A DNA stretch of 64,000 bases from Octopus vulgaris (taxonomy: Eukaryota). Shown piece by piece: positions 1 to 12,833 of the stretch; position 1 is the first letter of the stretch; each line of letters begins with the position of its first letter. The stretch covers positions 78,926,001 through 78,990,000 of the forward strand of contig OX597816.1 in NCBI GenBank assembly GCA_951406725.2, given 5' to 3'. Under the pieces are notes generated by a model, which made no database searches, was not told the DNA's origin, and was given only the letters and a program-made list of their open reading frames with translations. The position numbers and the translations under genes are program-made.

Positions 1-140
1 CTTTCAGTTTCTGTCTACCAAATCCATTCACAAGGCTTTTGTTGGCCCGTGGCTATAGTAGATGATGTTTGCCCAAGGTGCCGCACAGTAGGATTGAACC
101 ATGTAGTTAGGAAGCAAGCGTTTTACCACACAAGCCACAC
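1..140 (-). mobile_element. tRNA-derived SINE (family A), 5' part, cut by window edge
   Basis: Matches head/body of fuller copies at 4381-4786 and 9126-9575; minus strand shows an A-box-like TGTGTGGTAA and B-box GGTTCAATCC. Confidence 0.8.
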
Positions 141-199
141 ATGCATACACGCATACGCATGCACGCATGCACACACACACACTCAAACACATATATTTA

Positions 200-630
200 T
201 ATTATTACAAATTTGAGATTTTACCAATAGAACCAAACTCCTATTTCAGGATAACCTTATTGTATGGAATACACATAGAAAGTTATATCCAATAAAATAA
301 TATAAGCATGTAAAAAACCTACTATAAAATACAATAAAATTATTTGAAAACTTCTTATATAACTTACCTGTTATTAGTCTGTGGAGGAAGAAGATATTTT
401 TAATGAACGCTTCATGTGTTTCTGTGCTGGTGGGGAGTTTATAAAGGCTATACCTAATGCATAAATCTACCAGTGTGTCCTCAGGCTATTTATCTTATTG
501 TTATTATTATCATTAACAAATCAAAGTTAAGAATACATATTATAAGTCATATTAAATAGAAAAAATAAGAATATGAATAAAAAATATATAAATTACAAAT
601 ATATTTTTTAAAGAATTAAAAAATTAAACA
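200..630 (-). repeat. HHR-bearing repeat, left arm of inverted pair with 5810-6240
   Basis: Reverse complement aligns along its length with 5810-6240 (diverged); contains CTGAGGA-stemII-GAAAC on the minus strand at ~406-490. Confidence 0.8.
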
Positions 631-1709
631 AGTTGAGAGAGGTATTACTGGCCAGTATTGAAGTGAGAGGAGTAAAATGCCGACATAAGAATAACTTTAT
701 CTGTATATATGAGGCAGGATGTGTGTGTGTACATGAATGTAGTTTATGCACATCCACAAATTAGCACACATGTCACTCCAATTTTAGGAGGACATTTGTC
801 ACCACCCTATCTGGGTTTTGTCAACTTATTTTTTCCCGAGGCACCCGTGGATATCGGTAAAAATCTATTTTCAACCATTACTTTTACCAATTTTGAAATT
901 TGCTAACATGAGTAAGTCCCTTGTTGCCATAGTCAAGTGAATGTGTGTGTGTATGAGGGAGAGAGATAAGTTGTGTGTTGATGTATGTGTGTGTGTGTGT
1001 GTGTGTCAGGGAGAGAGAGAGTGTGTTTGACAGCATCTAACAAAAAAAGTAAAGAAAAGGTATGTATAAGGGAGAGAGTTTGACTGCATCTAACAAAAAA
1101 GAAGGTAAAGACAAAGTGAGAGAGAGAGTAAATAAATGACAGCGTTCATCAAAAATAAAAATGTAAAATGTTTTTTTTTCTTCTTAAACACGAGATATAG
1201 TCTTCAAATTTAGGATGTTTTTGAAAGACACTATATTTCATAATCAGATTATATATACTTTCCCACACAACAATTAAAATATATTCTAAATTGTTCATGT
1301 TTCTCCCTCCTCTCTCACACACACACATTACATTGGGCGCGAAAGAGTTTTGTTTATATTTTACGCCGAAGAAAAAGTGATTTGTTGAGGATCCATTTAT
1401 TTAACAACAAAGAAACAAAGAGGCAGGTAACAATTTGTCAGTGTATTACACAATATAAATGGGTACAATTTCCAAGGCTTCCCCCATACCACAAAAAGGG
1501 TTTTGTAGCATTGTAGGAAGCCAGAGTAGTTGATTCTATGCAAAAAATCCGATTTTTTTTTCTTAGTGAAAATCGTGCGAGTGTTAATCTACAAATTTAC
1601 CAACATCTTTTCCATTCATTTCTGTTTATGAATATGTATGCGTAGAAAAAACATATGCAAAAGGTGTACGTACATGTGTGTAAGTGTGTGTGTGTTGCCC
1701 ATATATATA

Positions 1710-4152
1710 TTTATATTATTTATATTATATTATATTATATTATATTATATTATATTATATTATATTATATTATATTATATTATATTATATTTATTATTAT
1801 ATTATATTATATTATATTATATTATTATATTATATTATATTATATTATATTATATTATATTATATTATATTATATTATATTATATTATATTTATTATATT
1901 TATTATATTTATTATATTTATTATATTATATTGTATTTATTATATTATATTATATTATATTATATTATATTATATTTATTATATTTATTATATTATATTT
2001 ATTATATTATATTATATATTATATTATATTATATTATATTATATTATATTATATTTATTATATTATATATTATATTATATTATATTATATTATATTATAT
2101 ATTATATTATATTATATTATATTATATTATATTATATTATATTATATTATATTATATTATATTATATTATATTATATTATATTATATTATATTATATTAT
2201 ATTATATTATATTATATTATATTATATTATATTATATTATTATATTATATTATATTATATTATATTATATTATATTATATTATATTATATTATATTATAT
2301 TATATTATATTATATTATATTATATTATATTATATTATATTATATTATATTATATTATATTATATTATATTATATTATATTATATTATATTATATTATAT
2401 TATATTATATTATATTATATTATATTATATTATATTATATTATATTATATTATATTATATTATATTATATTATATTATATTATATTATATTATATTATAT
2501 TATATTATATTATATTATATTATATTATATTATATTATATTATATTATATTATATTATATTATATTATATTATATTATATTATATTATATTATATTATTA
2601 TATTATATTATATTATATTATATTATATTATATTATATTATATTATATTATATTATATTATATTATATTATATTATATTATTATAATATAATATATATAA
2701 TATATTATATTATATAATATATTATATTATATATATTATATTATATTATATTATATTATATTATATTATATTATATTATATTATATTATATTATATTATA
2801 TTATATTATATTATATTATATTATATTATATTATATTATATTATATTATATTATATTATATTATTATATTATATTATATTATATTATATTATATTATATA
2901 TATTATATTATATTATATTATATTATATTATATTATATTATATTATATTATATTATATTATATTATATTATATTATATTATATTATATTATATTATATTA
3001 TATTATATTATATTATATTATATTATATTATATTATATTATATTATATTATATTATATTATATTATATTATATATATATTATATTATATTATATTATATT
3101 ATATTATATTATATTATATTATATTATATTATATTATATTATATTATATTATATTATATTATATTATATTATATTATATTATATTATATTATATTATATT
3201 ATATTATATTATATTATATTATATTATATTATATTATATTATATTATATTATATTATATTATATTATATTATATTATATTATATTATATTATATTATATT
3301 ATATTATATTATATTATATTATATTATATTATATTATATTATATTATATTATATTATATTATATTATATTATATTATATTATATTATATTATATTATATT
3401 ATATTATATTATATTATATTATATTATATTATATTATATTATATTATATTATATTATATTATATTATATTATATTATATTATATTATATTATATTATATT
3501 ATATTATATTATATTATATTATATTATATTATATTATATTATATTATATTATATTATATTATATTATATTATATTATATTATATTATATTATATTATATT
3601 ATATTATATTATATTATATTATATTATATTATATTATATTATATTATATTATATTATATTATATTATATTATATTATATTATATTATATTATATTATATT
3701 ATATTATATTATATTATATTATATTATATTATATTATATTATATTATATTATATTATATTATATTATATTATATTATATTATATTATATTATATTATATT
3801 ATATTATATTATATTATATTATATTATATTATATTATATTATATTATATTATATTATATTATATTATATTATATTATATTATATTATATTATATTATATT
3901 ATATTATATTATATTATATTATATTATATTATATTATATTATATTATATTATATTATATTATATTATATTATATTATATTATATTATATTATATTATATT
4001 ATATTATATTATATTATATTATATTATATTATATTATATTATATTATATTATATTATATTATATTATATTATATTATATTATATTATATTATATTATATT
4101 ATATTATATTATATTTATTATATTATTATATTATTATATTATATTATATTAT
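1710..4152. repeat. (TATAT)n pentanucleotide satellite, ~2.4 kb
   Basis: Nearly pure TATAT tandem array; produces the spurious YYIIL ORFs. Confidence 0.98.
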
Positions 4153-4275
4153 ATAAACCAATTTCAACGGATTTCGCCCAAATTTGATGTTGATGTTACT
4201 TTGGTTCGAAATAAAGAACTTGATTAGCTTAATAATCCTAACTTAATCCTGGGCAAAGCCGGGTTATACTGCTAG
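4153..4275 (+). mobile_element. Non-autonomous Helitron 3' end
   Basis: GC hairpin CCTGGGCAAAGCCGGG followed about 8 nt later by CTAG|T at 4272-4276. Confidence 0.6.
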
Positions 4276-4380
4276 TGTATAATAAAATGAAAGATATATA
4301 AAATTATAACTCTCCCTACCAGTATGTAATCTCTTAAACAATTATAAGGAAGAGAGTTAAATGTAGGTATACTCTCTTTT

Positions 4381-4786
4381 ACTCTTACTTGTTTCAGTCA
4401 TTTGACTGCGGCCATGCTGGAGCCCCATCTTTAGTTGAGCAAATCGCCCCTAGGACTCCAGGACTTATTCTTTGTAAGCCTAGTACTTATTCTATCGGTT
4501 CTCTTTTGCCGAACCACTAAGTTACGGGGACGTAAACACACCAGCATCGGTTGTCAAGTGATGTTGGGTGGACAAACACAAACACACACACATATTTATT
4601 ATATATATATATATATATACACGATGGGCTTCTTTCAGTTTCCGTTTACCAAATCCACTCACAAGGCTTTGGTCGGCCTGAGGCTATAGTAGAAGACACT
4701 TACCTAAGGTGCCATGCAGTGGGACTGAACCCGGAGCCATGTGGTTGGTAAGCAAGCTACTTACCACATAGCCACTCCTGTACCTA
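4381..4786 (-). mobile_element. tRNA-derived SINE (family A), full length
   Basis: Minus strand: tRNA-like head (TGGCTATGTGG A box, GGTTCAGTCCC B box), TA/CA microsatellite in the body, 3' tail CCAGCATGGCCGCAGTCAAATGACTGAAAC; several copies in window. Confidence 0.85.
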
Positions 4787-5185
4787 TAATAGAATTTTAT
4801 AGTAGTTTTAGATACAGATATACCAGGAACAAAGAATTTATTAATAAATATTACCTTAAAAGGAATAGACAGGCCACATTTAATCTAACATAAATCTCTA
4901 AATCTTAAACACTATAAAAAATTCCAGTTACAGCTAGATTTAAGAGTATAACATATTTGTAGTTATTTTCTCCCCTTGAATTCAACCTCTCTAATATTAT
5001 TAGTCTTAGAGAATTTTTCAGAGTATTTTATGTTATGTTATTCCCATAATACTTAGCACCTGACAGAGAGGGCAGCCATTTACACAGGAATGAGGAGGAG
5101 TAAACATTATGTCGATAAGTATTCTTCCTTTGTTAATTATTTTACTAGATTTTTTACGAGTTTTATTCTACAAATTTATAACGTA

Positions 5186-5577
5186 CTAGCAGTATCGCCC
5201 GGCGTTGCTCAGGTTTGTAAGGGAAATAACTATATAAGCATTTTTAGAGATGTAAAGTATAATAGCCATCTCAATATGGCTAACCACAAAGGGGGGGTGT
5301 TACTGTAGCTTTTTACGTTCTGAGATTTAATAATAAATTTTTAGAGAGTTACTTCCCTTATATATGCCAAAAATGCATTAAAAATGGGAAAAATTGATGG
5401 TAAATTATCTTTAAAATCGTAGACTCATCGTAGACGCGCACTAATACCCAGAAGGGCTCGATATGAATCATGACTATAAGATACCCGGTTTTGGTTAAAC
5501 TGCACTGCAAAATGTGGGAGTAGTTAGGAATCTAAATCATAGGAGACAGACAGCACACAACCTCACTTTTATATATA
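5186..5577 (-). mobile_element. Non-autonomous Helitron
   Basis: Minus strand begins TATATAAAAGTGAGGTTGTGTGCTGTCTGTC and ends with hairpin CCTGAGCAACGCCGGG then CGATACTG-CTAG|T. Confidence 0.7.
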
Positions 5578-5809
5578 ACATATATAATGGTTTTTACTAA
5601 ATAATCTTTTTAAATACCATAAAAATGGTAATTTATACTTGTGTACATAGTGGTAAATCTTACATTAAATTATTAATTCCCGCAATGTTTATATAGATAG
5701 GTTGTAGGATTTGATGTGTTTATAATATAGTCGTTGAGGGTTTCCTTAGGTTTAGCATTTTATATATATATATATATATATATACATACATCACTATTAT
5801 AATTTTAGG

Positions 5810-6240
5810 TGTTTAACTTTTTAAAATTTTTTAATTTTTTAAAAGATATATTTAAAAAAAAAATAATTTATATATATTTATTATATTTTTATTTTTCTAT
5901 TTAATATGACTTATATGCATTTTTAACTTTGATCCGTTAATAATAATATCAATAAGATAAATAGCCTGAGGATGCACTGGTGGATTTATGTATTAGGTAT
6001 AGCCTTTATAAACTCCCCACCAGCACAGAAATATGTGTAGCATTGATTAAAAATATCTTCTTTCCCCACAGACTAATGACATGTAAGTTATATATATTTT
6101 TTTCAAATAATTTTATAGTAGGTTTTTTTAAATGCTTATATTATTTTATTGGATATAACTGTATGTGTATTACATACAATAAGGTTATCCTGAAATAGGA
6201 GTTGCGGTTCTATTGGTAAAATCCTAAATTTGTAATAATA
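5810..6240 (+). repeat. HHR-bearing repeat, right arm of inverted pair with 200-630
   Basis: Inverted copy of 200-630. Confidence 0.8.
5960..6044 (+). ncRNA. Minimal type I hammerhead-like motif with long stem II
   Basis: CTGAGGA (5966-5972), stem II CTGGTGG...CCACCAG, GAAA (6028-6031), GTA triplet (6037-6039); short stem I; stem III imperfect. Confidence 0.55.
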
Positions 6241-6601
6241 TTCTAAATGATACTGTTTACATTGCATTAATAAAGTGTAAAATAGTAAATATCCTGATAA
6301 CCTGGAATACTTATTATTCCTTAAGATTTAAAAAATATCCATATATATATTTACACACACACACACAGGGATTTTGAAAACTAGATAGAATGAAAGTAGA
6401 TTATTGCTTTATTACTAGTCCCTTCTTTTGTGTAAAAAGCACCCTTTTACACCTCCCTAAATTGGTTGGCATTAGGAAGGGTATTCTGTCACAAAAATCC
6501 TGCCAAAAGAGTCAGGAGAGCTTTGTATGGTTGCCTGAATTATAAGTAAGTTTACTGCCATCAGTTCACCAAGAGGAAAAGTTTACTGGGAAAGACACAC
6601 C

Positions 6602-7035
6602 TTATTTACATTTGTCCTCATCTTGTTTGTTGTTAGCACAACGTTTCAGCTGATATACCCTCCAGCCTTCATCAGGTGTCTTGGGAAAATTTCAAACCTG
6701 GGTTCTCATTCCTAAGGTATTTTTTGATGTTATTATTATTGTTCAGGTGACTGCTTGGAATCAAACTTGGAATTTTAGGGTTAGTAGCCCGCACTCTTAA
6801 CTACTATGCCATATGCCTGTGGGCTACTAACCCCAAGATTCCGAGTTGGACTCCAAGCAGTGACCTGAACAATAATAATAATAATAATAATAATGATGAT
6901 AATAACATTGAAAAATACCTTAGGAATGTTAACCCAGATTCGAAATTTCCCCAAGACACCTGATGAAAGCTGGAGGATACATCAGCCGAAACGTGTTAAC
7001 GACAATCAAGATGAGGACAAATATCCATCAAATGT
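6602..7035. mobile_element. Head-to-head pair of tRNA-headed HHR-bearing short elements
   Basis: 6602-6820 is a minus copy with tRNA head; 6821-7035 is a 5'-truncated plus copy; both carry GACAC-CTGATGA-stemII-GAAAC. Confidence 0.85.
6635..6680 (-). ncRNA. Minimal type I hammerhead ribozyme
   Basis: Minus: GACAC CTGATGA A GGCTG-gagggtatat-CAGCT GAAAC GTT GTGCT; palindromic stem III AACGTT; GUU cleavage triplet; stem I GACAC/GTGCT. Confidence 0.75.
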
Positions 7036-7389
7036 TCACTCCTACACATGTCAAATTTAAGCAGAGAATACAACCTGGCAACCACACCAGACTCTGAGGG
7101 TGGAGTCTTCGACTTGGCCTGAGCATGGACTCAAACCCAAATGAAATGAAATGAAATGAAATGTACATAATTCCACATCTCTTAAATCTAGAACTGTGAA
7201 GTCACACCTGTTTCTTCCTCATTCTTGATCACTTTCTCTCTCTGTCTCTTGCTGGGTAACCATGTGCCTCCATTACAGCAAGACACCTGTTTTTATGTCT
7301 CTGTCACACTTGACCTTTTATCATTTGACACAAGATTACCCCCTCTAATGCTCCCCCCCTCTTCTCAAAGGATCTTTGTCATGCAAGTA

Positions 7390-8072
7390 ATTTGTGACCC
7401 TGCCAGTGTTGGTGTCATGTAAAAAGTATCTTGTTCACACTGTTAAGTGGTTGATGTTTGGAAGGGTATCCAGCCAAAAAAACCATGCCAAAACCGACCT
7501 TGCCTTTGCTTGTGTCACATAAAAAGGACCTAATCTACACTGTAAAGTGGTTGCTGTTTGGAAGGGCATCCAGCCAAAAAACCATGCCAAAACTGACCTT
7601 GCCTTTGCTTGTGCCATGTAAAAAGCACCTAGTCTACACTGTAAAGTGGTTGGTATTAAGAACAGTATCCAACTGTAGAAACCATGCTATAACCAACCTC
7701 ACCTGTGTTTAAGCACTGTCTACTCTGCAGGGTGGTTGGTGTTAGGAAGGACATCAAGCTGTAAAACCTCTTCCAAAACAGAGCTTGCCCGTGCTGGTGG
7801 CATGTAACACACCCAGGACACCCTGTAAAGGAGTTAGCATTAGGAAAAGCATCCAGCTGTAGAAACCATGCCAAAACAAACCTCACTGGTGCTGGTGCAA
7901 TATAAAAAACTCCCAGTATTCTCTGTGAAATGACTGGCATTAGGAAGGACATCCAGTTGTAGAAACCATGCCAAAACACTATAGGAGTTATTGCATTCTT
8001 CTCCCTAGCTAGCTCTGGTCAAATCATCCAACGCATGCCAGCATAGAAGACAGGAGTCAAATATTGATGATA
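7390..8072 (+). repeat. Tandemly amplified ~60-bp subunits of repeat family B (RTE-associated 3' UTR/SINE), ending in (GAT)n tail
   Basis: Repeated TGTAAAGTGGTTG...GGAAGGGCATCCAGC...AAACCATGCCAAAAC units; the same motif follows RTE coding remnants at 53150-53750. Confidence 0.65.
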
Positions 8073-8092
8073 ATCTAATATAGATATACAAA

Positions 8093-8825
8093 TATGAGGG
8101 TGAGTCAAAAAGTAATGCCATTTTGTTTAGGACAAGTATAATTACCAACATAGGAACATGTATCATACATCAAAATGAAGCTGATCCTCTATGGATCACA
8201 TCCCTACTTCTCAACATAGTCACCGTTTCTTTCAATAGCAATGTTCCAGCTTCAAATGAGAGCATGTATCCCTGCCCCGTAAAATTTTGTTGACTGTTCT
8301 TTGGGCCACTTCTTCACTACCTCCGCACTCACCTGATTTAGCGCCTTCAGACTATCATCTCTTCGGTGCCACAAATGAGGGTTTGAGAGGCAAACATTAT
8401 TCCAGTGACGAGGAAATGAAAACTGTAGTGAAAAAGTGGCTCAAAAAACAGTCAACAGAATTTTACAGGGCAGGGATACATGCTCTCATTCGAAGGTGGA
8501 ACATTGCTATTGAGATAAATGGTGACTATGTTGAGAAGTATGGATGTGATCCATAGAGGACCAGCATCTTTTTGATGTATGATACCTGTTCCTGTGTTGG
8601 TAATTATACCTGTCCTAAACTAAATGGCATTACTTTTAGACTCATCTCATACATGCTCTCATTTGAAGGTGGAACATTGCTATTGAGAGAAACAGTGACT
8701 ATGTTGAGAAGTAGGGATGTGATCCATAAAGGACCAGCATCATTTTGATGTATGATACCTGTTCCTGTGTTGGTAATTATACCTGTCTTAAACAAAATGA
8801 CATTAATTTTTGACTCATCCTCATA
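8093..8825 (+). mobile_element. Mariner-derived MITE with ~200-bp inverted arms and duplicated right end
   Basis: TA-flanked TIR TGAGGGTGAGTCAAAAAGTAATG; ORF 8287-8556 has HSPDLAPSDYHLF and the GDYVEK* C-terminus; 8652-8825 repeats the right end. Confidence 0.88.
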
Positions 8826-9094
8826 TATCACTTGATTATATAATCAACCAGACTCTTCCATGTTAAACATCAATATTCAAAGTGCTTTTACAGCTGTTTT
8901 CTTCCATCTGTAGCAGGGGTGTCAATCTCAATTGCACAGGGGGCTAGAACTCAAAGTTGTAGACCTAACTGGATCAACATTCGTTAAACATTGTCATCCT
9001 TTAATGTCTGCTTTCCATGCTTGCATGGGTTGAACGGTTTGACTGAGGACTGGTGAGCCAGAGGCTGCACCAGTCTCAATCTGATCTGGCAATA

Positions 9095-9125
<31 letters not shown>

Positions 9126-9357
9126 CTCTATTTTTACTTGTTTCAGTCATTTGACTGTGGCCATGCTGGAGCACTGGCTTTAGTCAAAGAAATCGACCCC
9201 AGGACTTATTCTTTGTAAGCCTAGCACTTATTCTATCGGTTCTCTTTTGCTGAACCGCTAAGTCGGGGAGACGTAAACAAACCAGCATCGTTTGTCAAGC
9301 AATGTTGGTAGGGACAAACACAGACGTATAAACATACATACACACACACACACACAA

Positions 9358-9412
<55 letters not shown>

Positions 9413-9575
9413 TATATACGAAGGGCTTCTTTCAGTTCCCGTCTACCAAATCTACTCACAAGGCTTTGGTCAGCCCGAGGCTATAGTAGAAGACACTTGC
9501 CCAAAGTGCCAGGAGTGAACCCGGAGACATGTGGTTGGTAAGCAAGCTACTTACCACACAGTCACTCCTATGCCT
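9126..9575 (-). mobile_element. tRNA-derived SINE (family A)
   Basis: Colinear with 4381-4786. Confidence 0.85.
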
Positions 9576-9599
9576 ATATATATATATATATATATATAT

Positions 9600-9805
9600 C
9601 ATCATCATCATCATTGTTTTTAATGTCCGCTTTCCATGCTGGCATGGGTCGGACGGTTTGACTGAGGACTGGTGAGCCAGAAGGCTGCACCAGGCTCAAT
9701 CTGATCTGGCAAAGTTTCTACAGCTGCATGCTCTTCCTAATGCCAACCACTCCGAGAGTGTAGTGGGTGCTTTTTACATGCCACCGGCATGAAAGCTAGT
9801 CAAGC
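9600..9805 (-). mobile_element. Repeat family B fragment with (GAT)n tail (partial copy also at 9000-9090)
   Basis: Homologous to 18545-18800, 62615-62722 and 53510-53750. Confidence 0.7.
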
Positions 9806-9906
9806 GGTTTTCAAGCAGTGGAAAAGTGAACTTTTTTTAAATAGTGATATGAATTAAAACAGGAAAAATGTGAAAATAATAGCAAATCAAGGCATACGAA
9901 TTTTCA

Positions 9907-11553
9907 TGTCACACCACACCACACACCACCATACTACATCATTCCGCACTGACCACTACCCTGCACCCACACCATCCACACACCTACAATGCACACACGC
10001 ACTCGTCAAGGTCACCAGCCCATATCCACACGCACATACAGGCTCATACGCACGCACCTTCGTTTTAGGACCACGACTACTTTATTATCTCCCCTTAGTT
10101 CTCCCGTCTGACCACCTCTGTCCAGCATTCGCCATGATTGATTGCTAGCCACTAAACCTTTTCTTATTTTCTCTCTCTGTGTTCTTTTATGTTGAAGAGC
10201 GTAGGCTCGAAATGTAAAATACTTTCTCACTTCCTGAGCATTAAACTAATACATCTGTTGTTTACACACCCGTCTTCGTTTTTTGTTTTTTTTTTTGTAA
10301 ATTCTCACTATACATATATATATATATATATATATGTACCTTAGCCATGATAGATCGCTAGCCACTAAGCGTTTTTTAATTTTCTCTCTCCTTATTTCTG
10401 CCTTCCTTTCTGTTGAAGAGCGTAGGCTTGAAATGTAAAAGAGTTTCTCACTTCCCTAGCATTAAACTAACGCATCTGTTTGTTGTTTACACACCCGTCT
10501 TTTGTTGTTTTTTTTGTAAATTCTGCCTATATATATATATGAGAGATCAAAGGATACATACGCCACTATATGTATATAAAAAAAAAGAATACAAAAAATG
10601 GGACAAGAACGCAACAGGCGACAACAAAACATTCAGATAGTTGGATGATACAAAAAAGGGCATGAAAAAACAATGACGGGTCATTTGGAGTTTTCTTTCG
10701 TCTGTTGAGTTCCAGATCATCTTTGCAGTTTTAGAAGAATGCACGAATGTATACGAAAACAAGGACGGGGAAAAAATGGAGAAATAGTACACAAATACAA
10801 TTGTAAACAACAGGGCATTGACAACAGGTATCTTTTGACTAAGGACGAATTAAATTAAGCTGGCGTGTGTGGAAATGAAGCCTTACGGCAGGGACATAAG
10901 AGATGACAGGTATGGGAAGAAATATAGATGTTGCACGGATGGTAGTCAAACCTGAAAGAAAGGTCAGGCTTGGCCGAACACCGGTCACATGGAAGGAGAG
11001 GAGAGAGGTAGAGGCAGAGGAATAGAAGAATTAAGGAGGGACAGTGAAAGAGGAGGTAAGGCCAGGAAATGTGAGAGGAGTGGAAAGAACGAAGTAAGTG
11101 TGAAGGGGCTGAAAGAATAAGAGAGTCATACAATATATATATATATATATATATCACTAGCCACTAGACCCTTTTCTATTTTCTCCCTGTTTATTTCTGT
11201 GTTTCTTTCTGTCGCAGAGCATAGGCTCGAAACGTAAAAGACTTTCTCACTTCCCGAGCATTAAACTATTACATCTGTTTGTTGTTTACGCACCTGTCTT
11301 CGTCTTTTGTTCTTTTGTAAATTCTCACTATATATATATATACATATATACACATTCGCCATGATAGATCGCTAGCCACTAAACCTTTTTATATTTTCTC
11401 TCTCTGCTTATTTCTGTGTTCCTTTCTGTCAAAGAGTGTAGACTCGAAACGTAAAAGACTTTGTCACTTCCCGAGTGTTAAACTAATACATCCGTTTGTT
11501 GTTTACACACCCGTCTTCGTCTTTTGTTTTTTGTTGTTTTTGTAAAATCCAAC
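9907..11553 (+). mobile_element. Tandem array of ~200-bp HHR-like units (Penelope pseudo-LTR/retrozyme-like) with a nested minus-strand insertion at ~10545-11130
   Basis: Four units (~10130, 10345, 11157, 11358), each with CTTT-CTGTNGA-like core, GAGC/GCTC stem, GAAAY-GTA-AAAG; flanked by 14-bp near-duplication CATAC(G/C)AATTTTCA at 9893-9906 and 11554-11567. Confidence 0.7.
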
Positions 11554-12519
11554 CATACCAATTTTCACTCAGTTTGTCAGAGCTGGATGTTTGGCATCTT
11601 TTCTTGGCGACAAGTTTATTTATATTTGGAATAAGTCCCTGTGTTATGGAGATTTTCAGGATGAACTGCAGGTGTTCATCAGTGAAACGACTCCTGTGTG
11701 ATGTTTTGTTAATCTTCATCACAGACAAGAATTACTCACACAAATATGTGCTACCAAACATGCTTAAGGTTCAAGTCGTTTGTAAACAAAGCCGGGGCAT
11801 CTCTAAGAATGAAACAAGTGAACTAAACAGGTCCCACAGTGTCGTACTTTACTTGTAGAGTTCCATCTACAAATGTACAGGTGCAGTTTCTATGTTGATG
11901 GTAATGGGTTATAAAACACCTTGAAATTACTTCCTTGCACTAACGTGGTGTGCAAGCTCAGGTTTTTGGGAACATCATGGCGCTGACTTGGTTCAACATT
12001 GCTTTGCAGCAAAGAAAGTGAAGCAAGTTGCATTTGTCTCCCATAAGCACAACTTCACTTGAAAAGCCTTCACTGCACCATGCGTACCAGTGATCAAATG
12101 GTCCTGTCCCTGGAGCTGTAGGTTCAACACATTGAGACGAGTAGTTATGTCAGACAGAAATACCAATTCACATTTCCAATTTTCACCCCACAAAACTGTG
12201 GAGACTTTTCCTTTGCTGTCCACAAACTGACAGTTTTCCTCAGCGATTGCCAGTGATTTAAACCTTTGACTCTGATAAAGTCGACAGTTTGTGTTACAGT
12301 GCGCATTATATGATCCATGTTGAGGGCTTTACCGTGCAGTAATCCTTAAGTATGTGATGCAGTGATATTCTATCAACTCACCAGTACAGTCCCCCTGCAT
12401 GTTTAACCGCATTCTTCCTACTAGTCCGCTTTTTCACTGCACGTCACCAGTGTGCCATCTGTTGTAAGTTAAACAAGTTTGCCTCAAGGCAAGTTCATGT
12501 CAGTTAAACTTTGGCATAT

Positions 12520-12656
12520 ACATTATTTATATTTGACAGATATTTGTCCTCATCTTGTTTGTTGTTAACACGTTTTGTCTGATATACCCTCCAGCGTTCA
12601 TCAGGTGTCTTGGGGAAATTTCGAACTTGGGTTCTCATTCCTAAGGTATTTTTCGA

Positions 12657-12693
<37 letters not shown>

Positions 12694-12795
12694 ACTATTC
12701 AGGTCACTGCCTGGAATAAGAACTCGGAATCTTGGGGTTAGTAGCCCATGCTCTTAATTACTATGCCATACGCCCGAGTTCGATCCAGGCAGTGA

Positions 12796-12833
<38 letters not shown>

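Larger units (their letters stand above)
8913..12520 (-). mobile_element. Degenerate hAT (Buster/SPIN-like) transposon interrupted by later insertions
   Basis: Minus-strand transposase remnants 11570-12520 (FGSTYLCE, MKINKTSHRSRFTDEHL, FLSDITTRLNVLNLQLQG); hAT-type terminus CAGGGGTGTCAA at 8913. Confidence 0.7.

Noticed and set aside
1638-2717. Three 335-359 aa ORFs (YYIIL repeats)
   Set aside because: Translation of the stop-free (TATAT)n satellite; the same applies to the YI/HT/CV/LSIY ORFs at 14534-14871, 19528-20013, 26513-27193, 46109-46457 and 47747-48741
7390-7980. CRISPR-like repeat-spacer pattern
   Set aside because: Whole units including the apparent spacers are homologous; a tandemly amplified retroelement subunit in eukaryotic DNA with no cas genes
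10670-10735. Possible HHR in the nested minus-strand element (CAGACGA...CAAATGACCCGTC)
   Set aside because: Core and GAAA are both mismatched; stems not convincing
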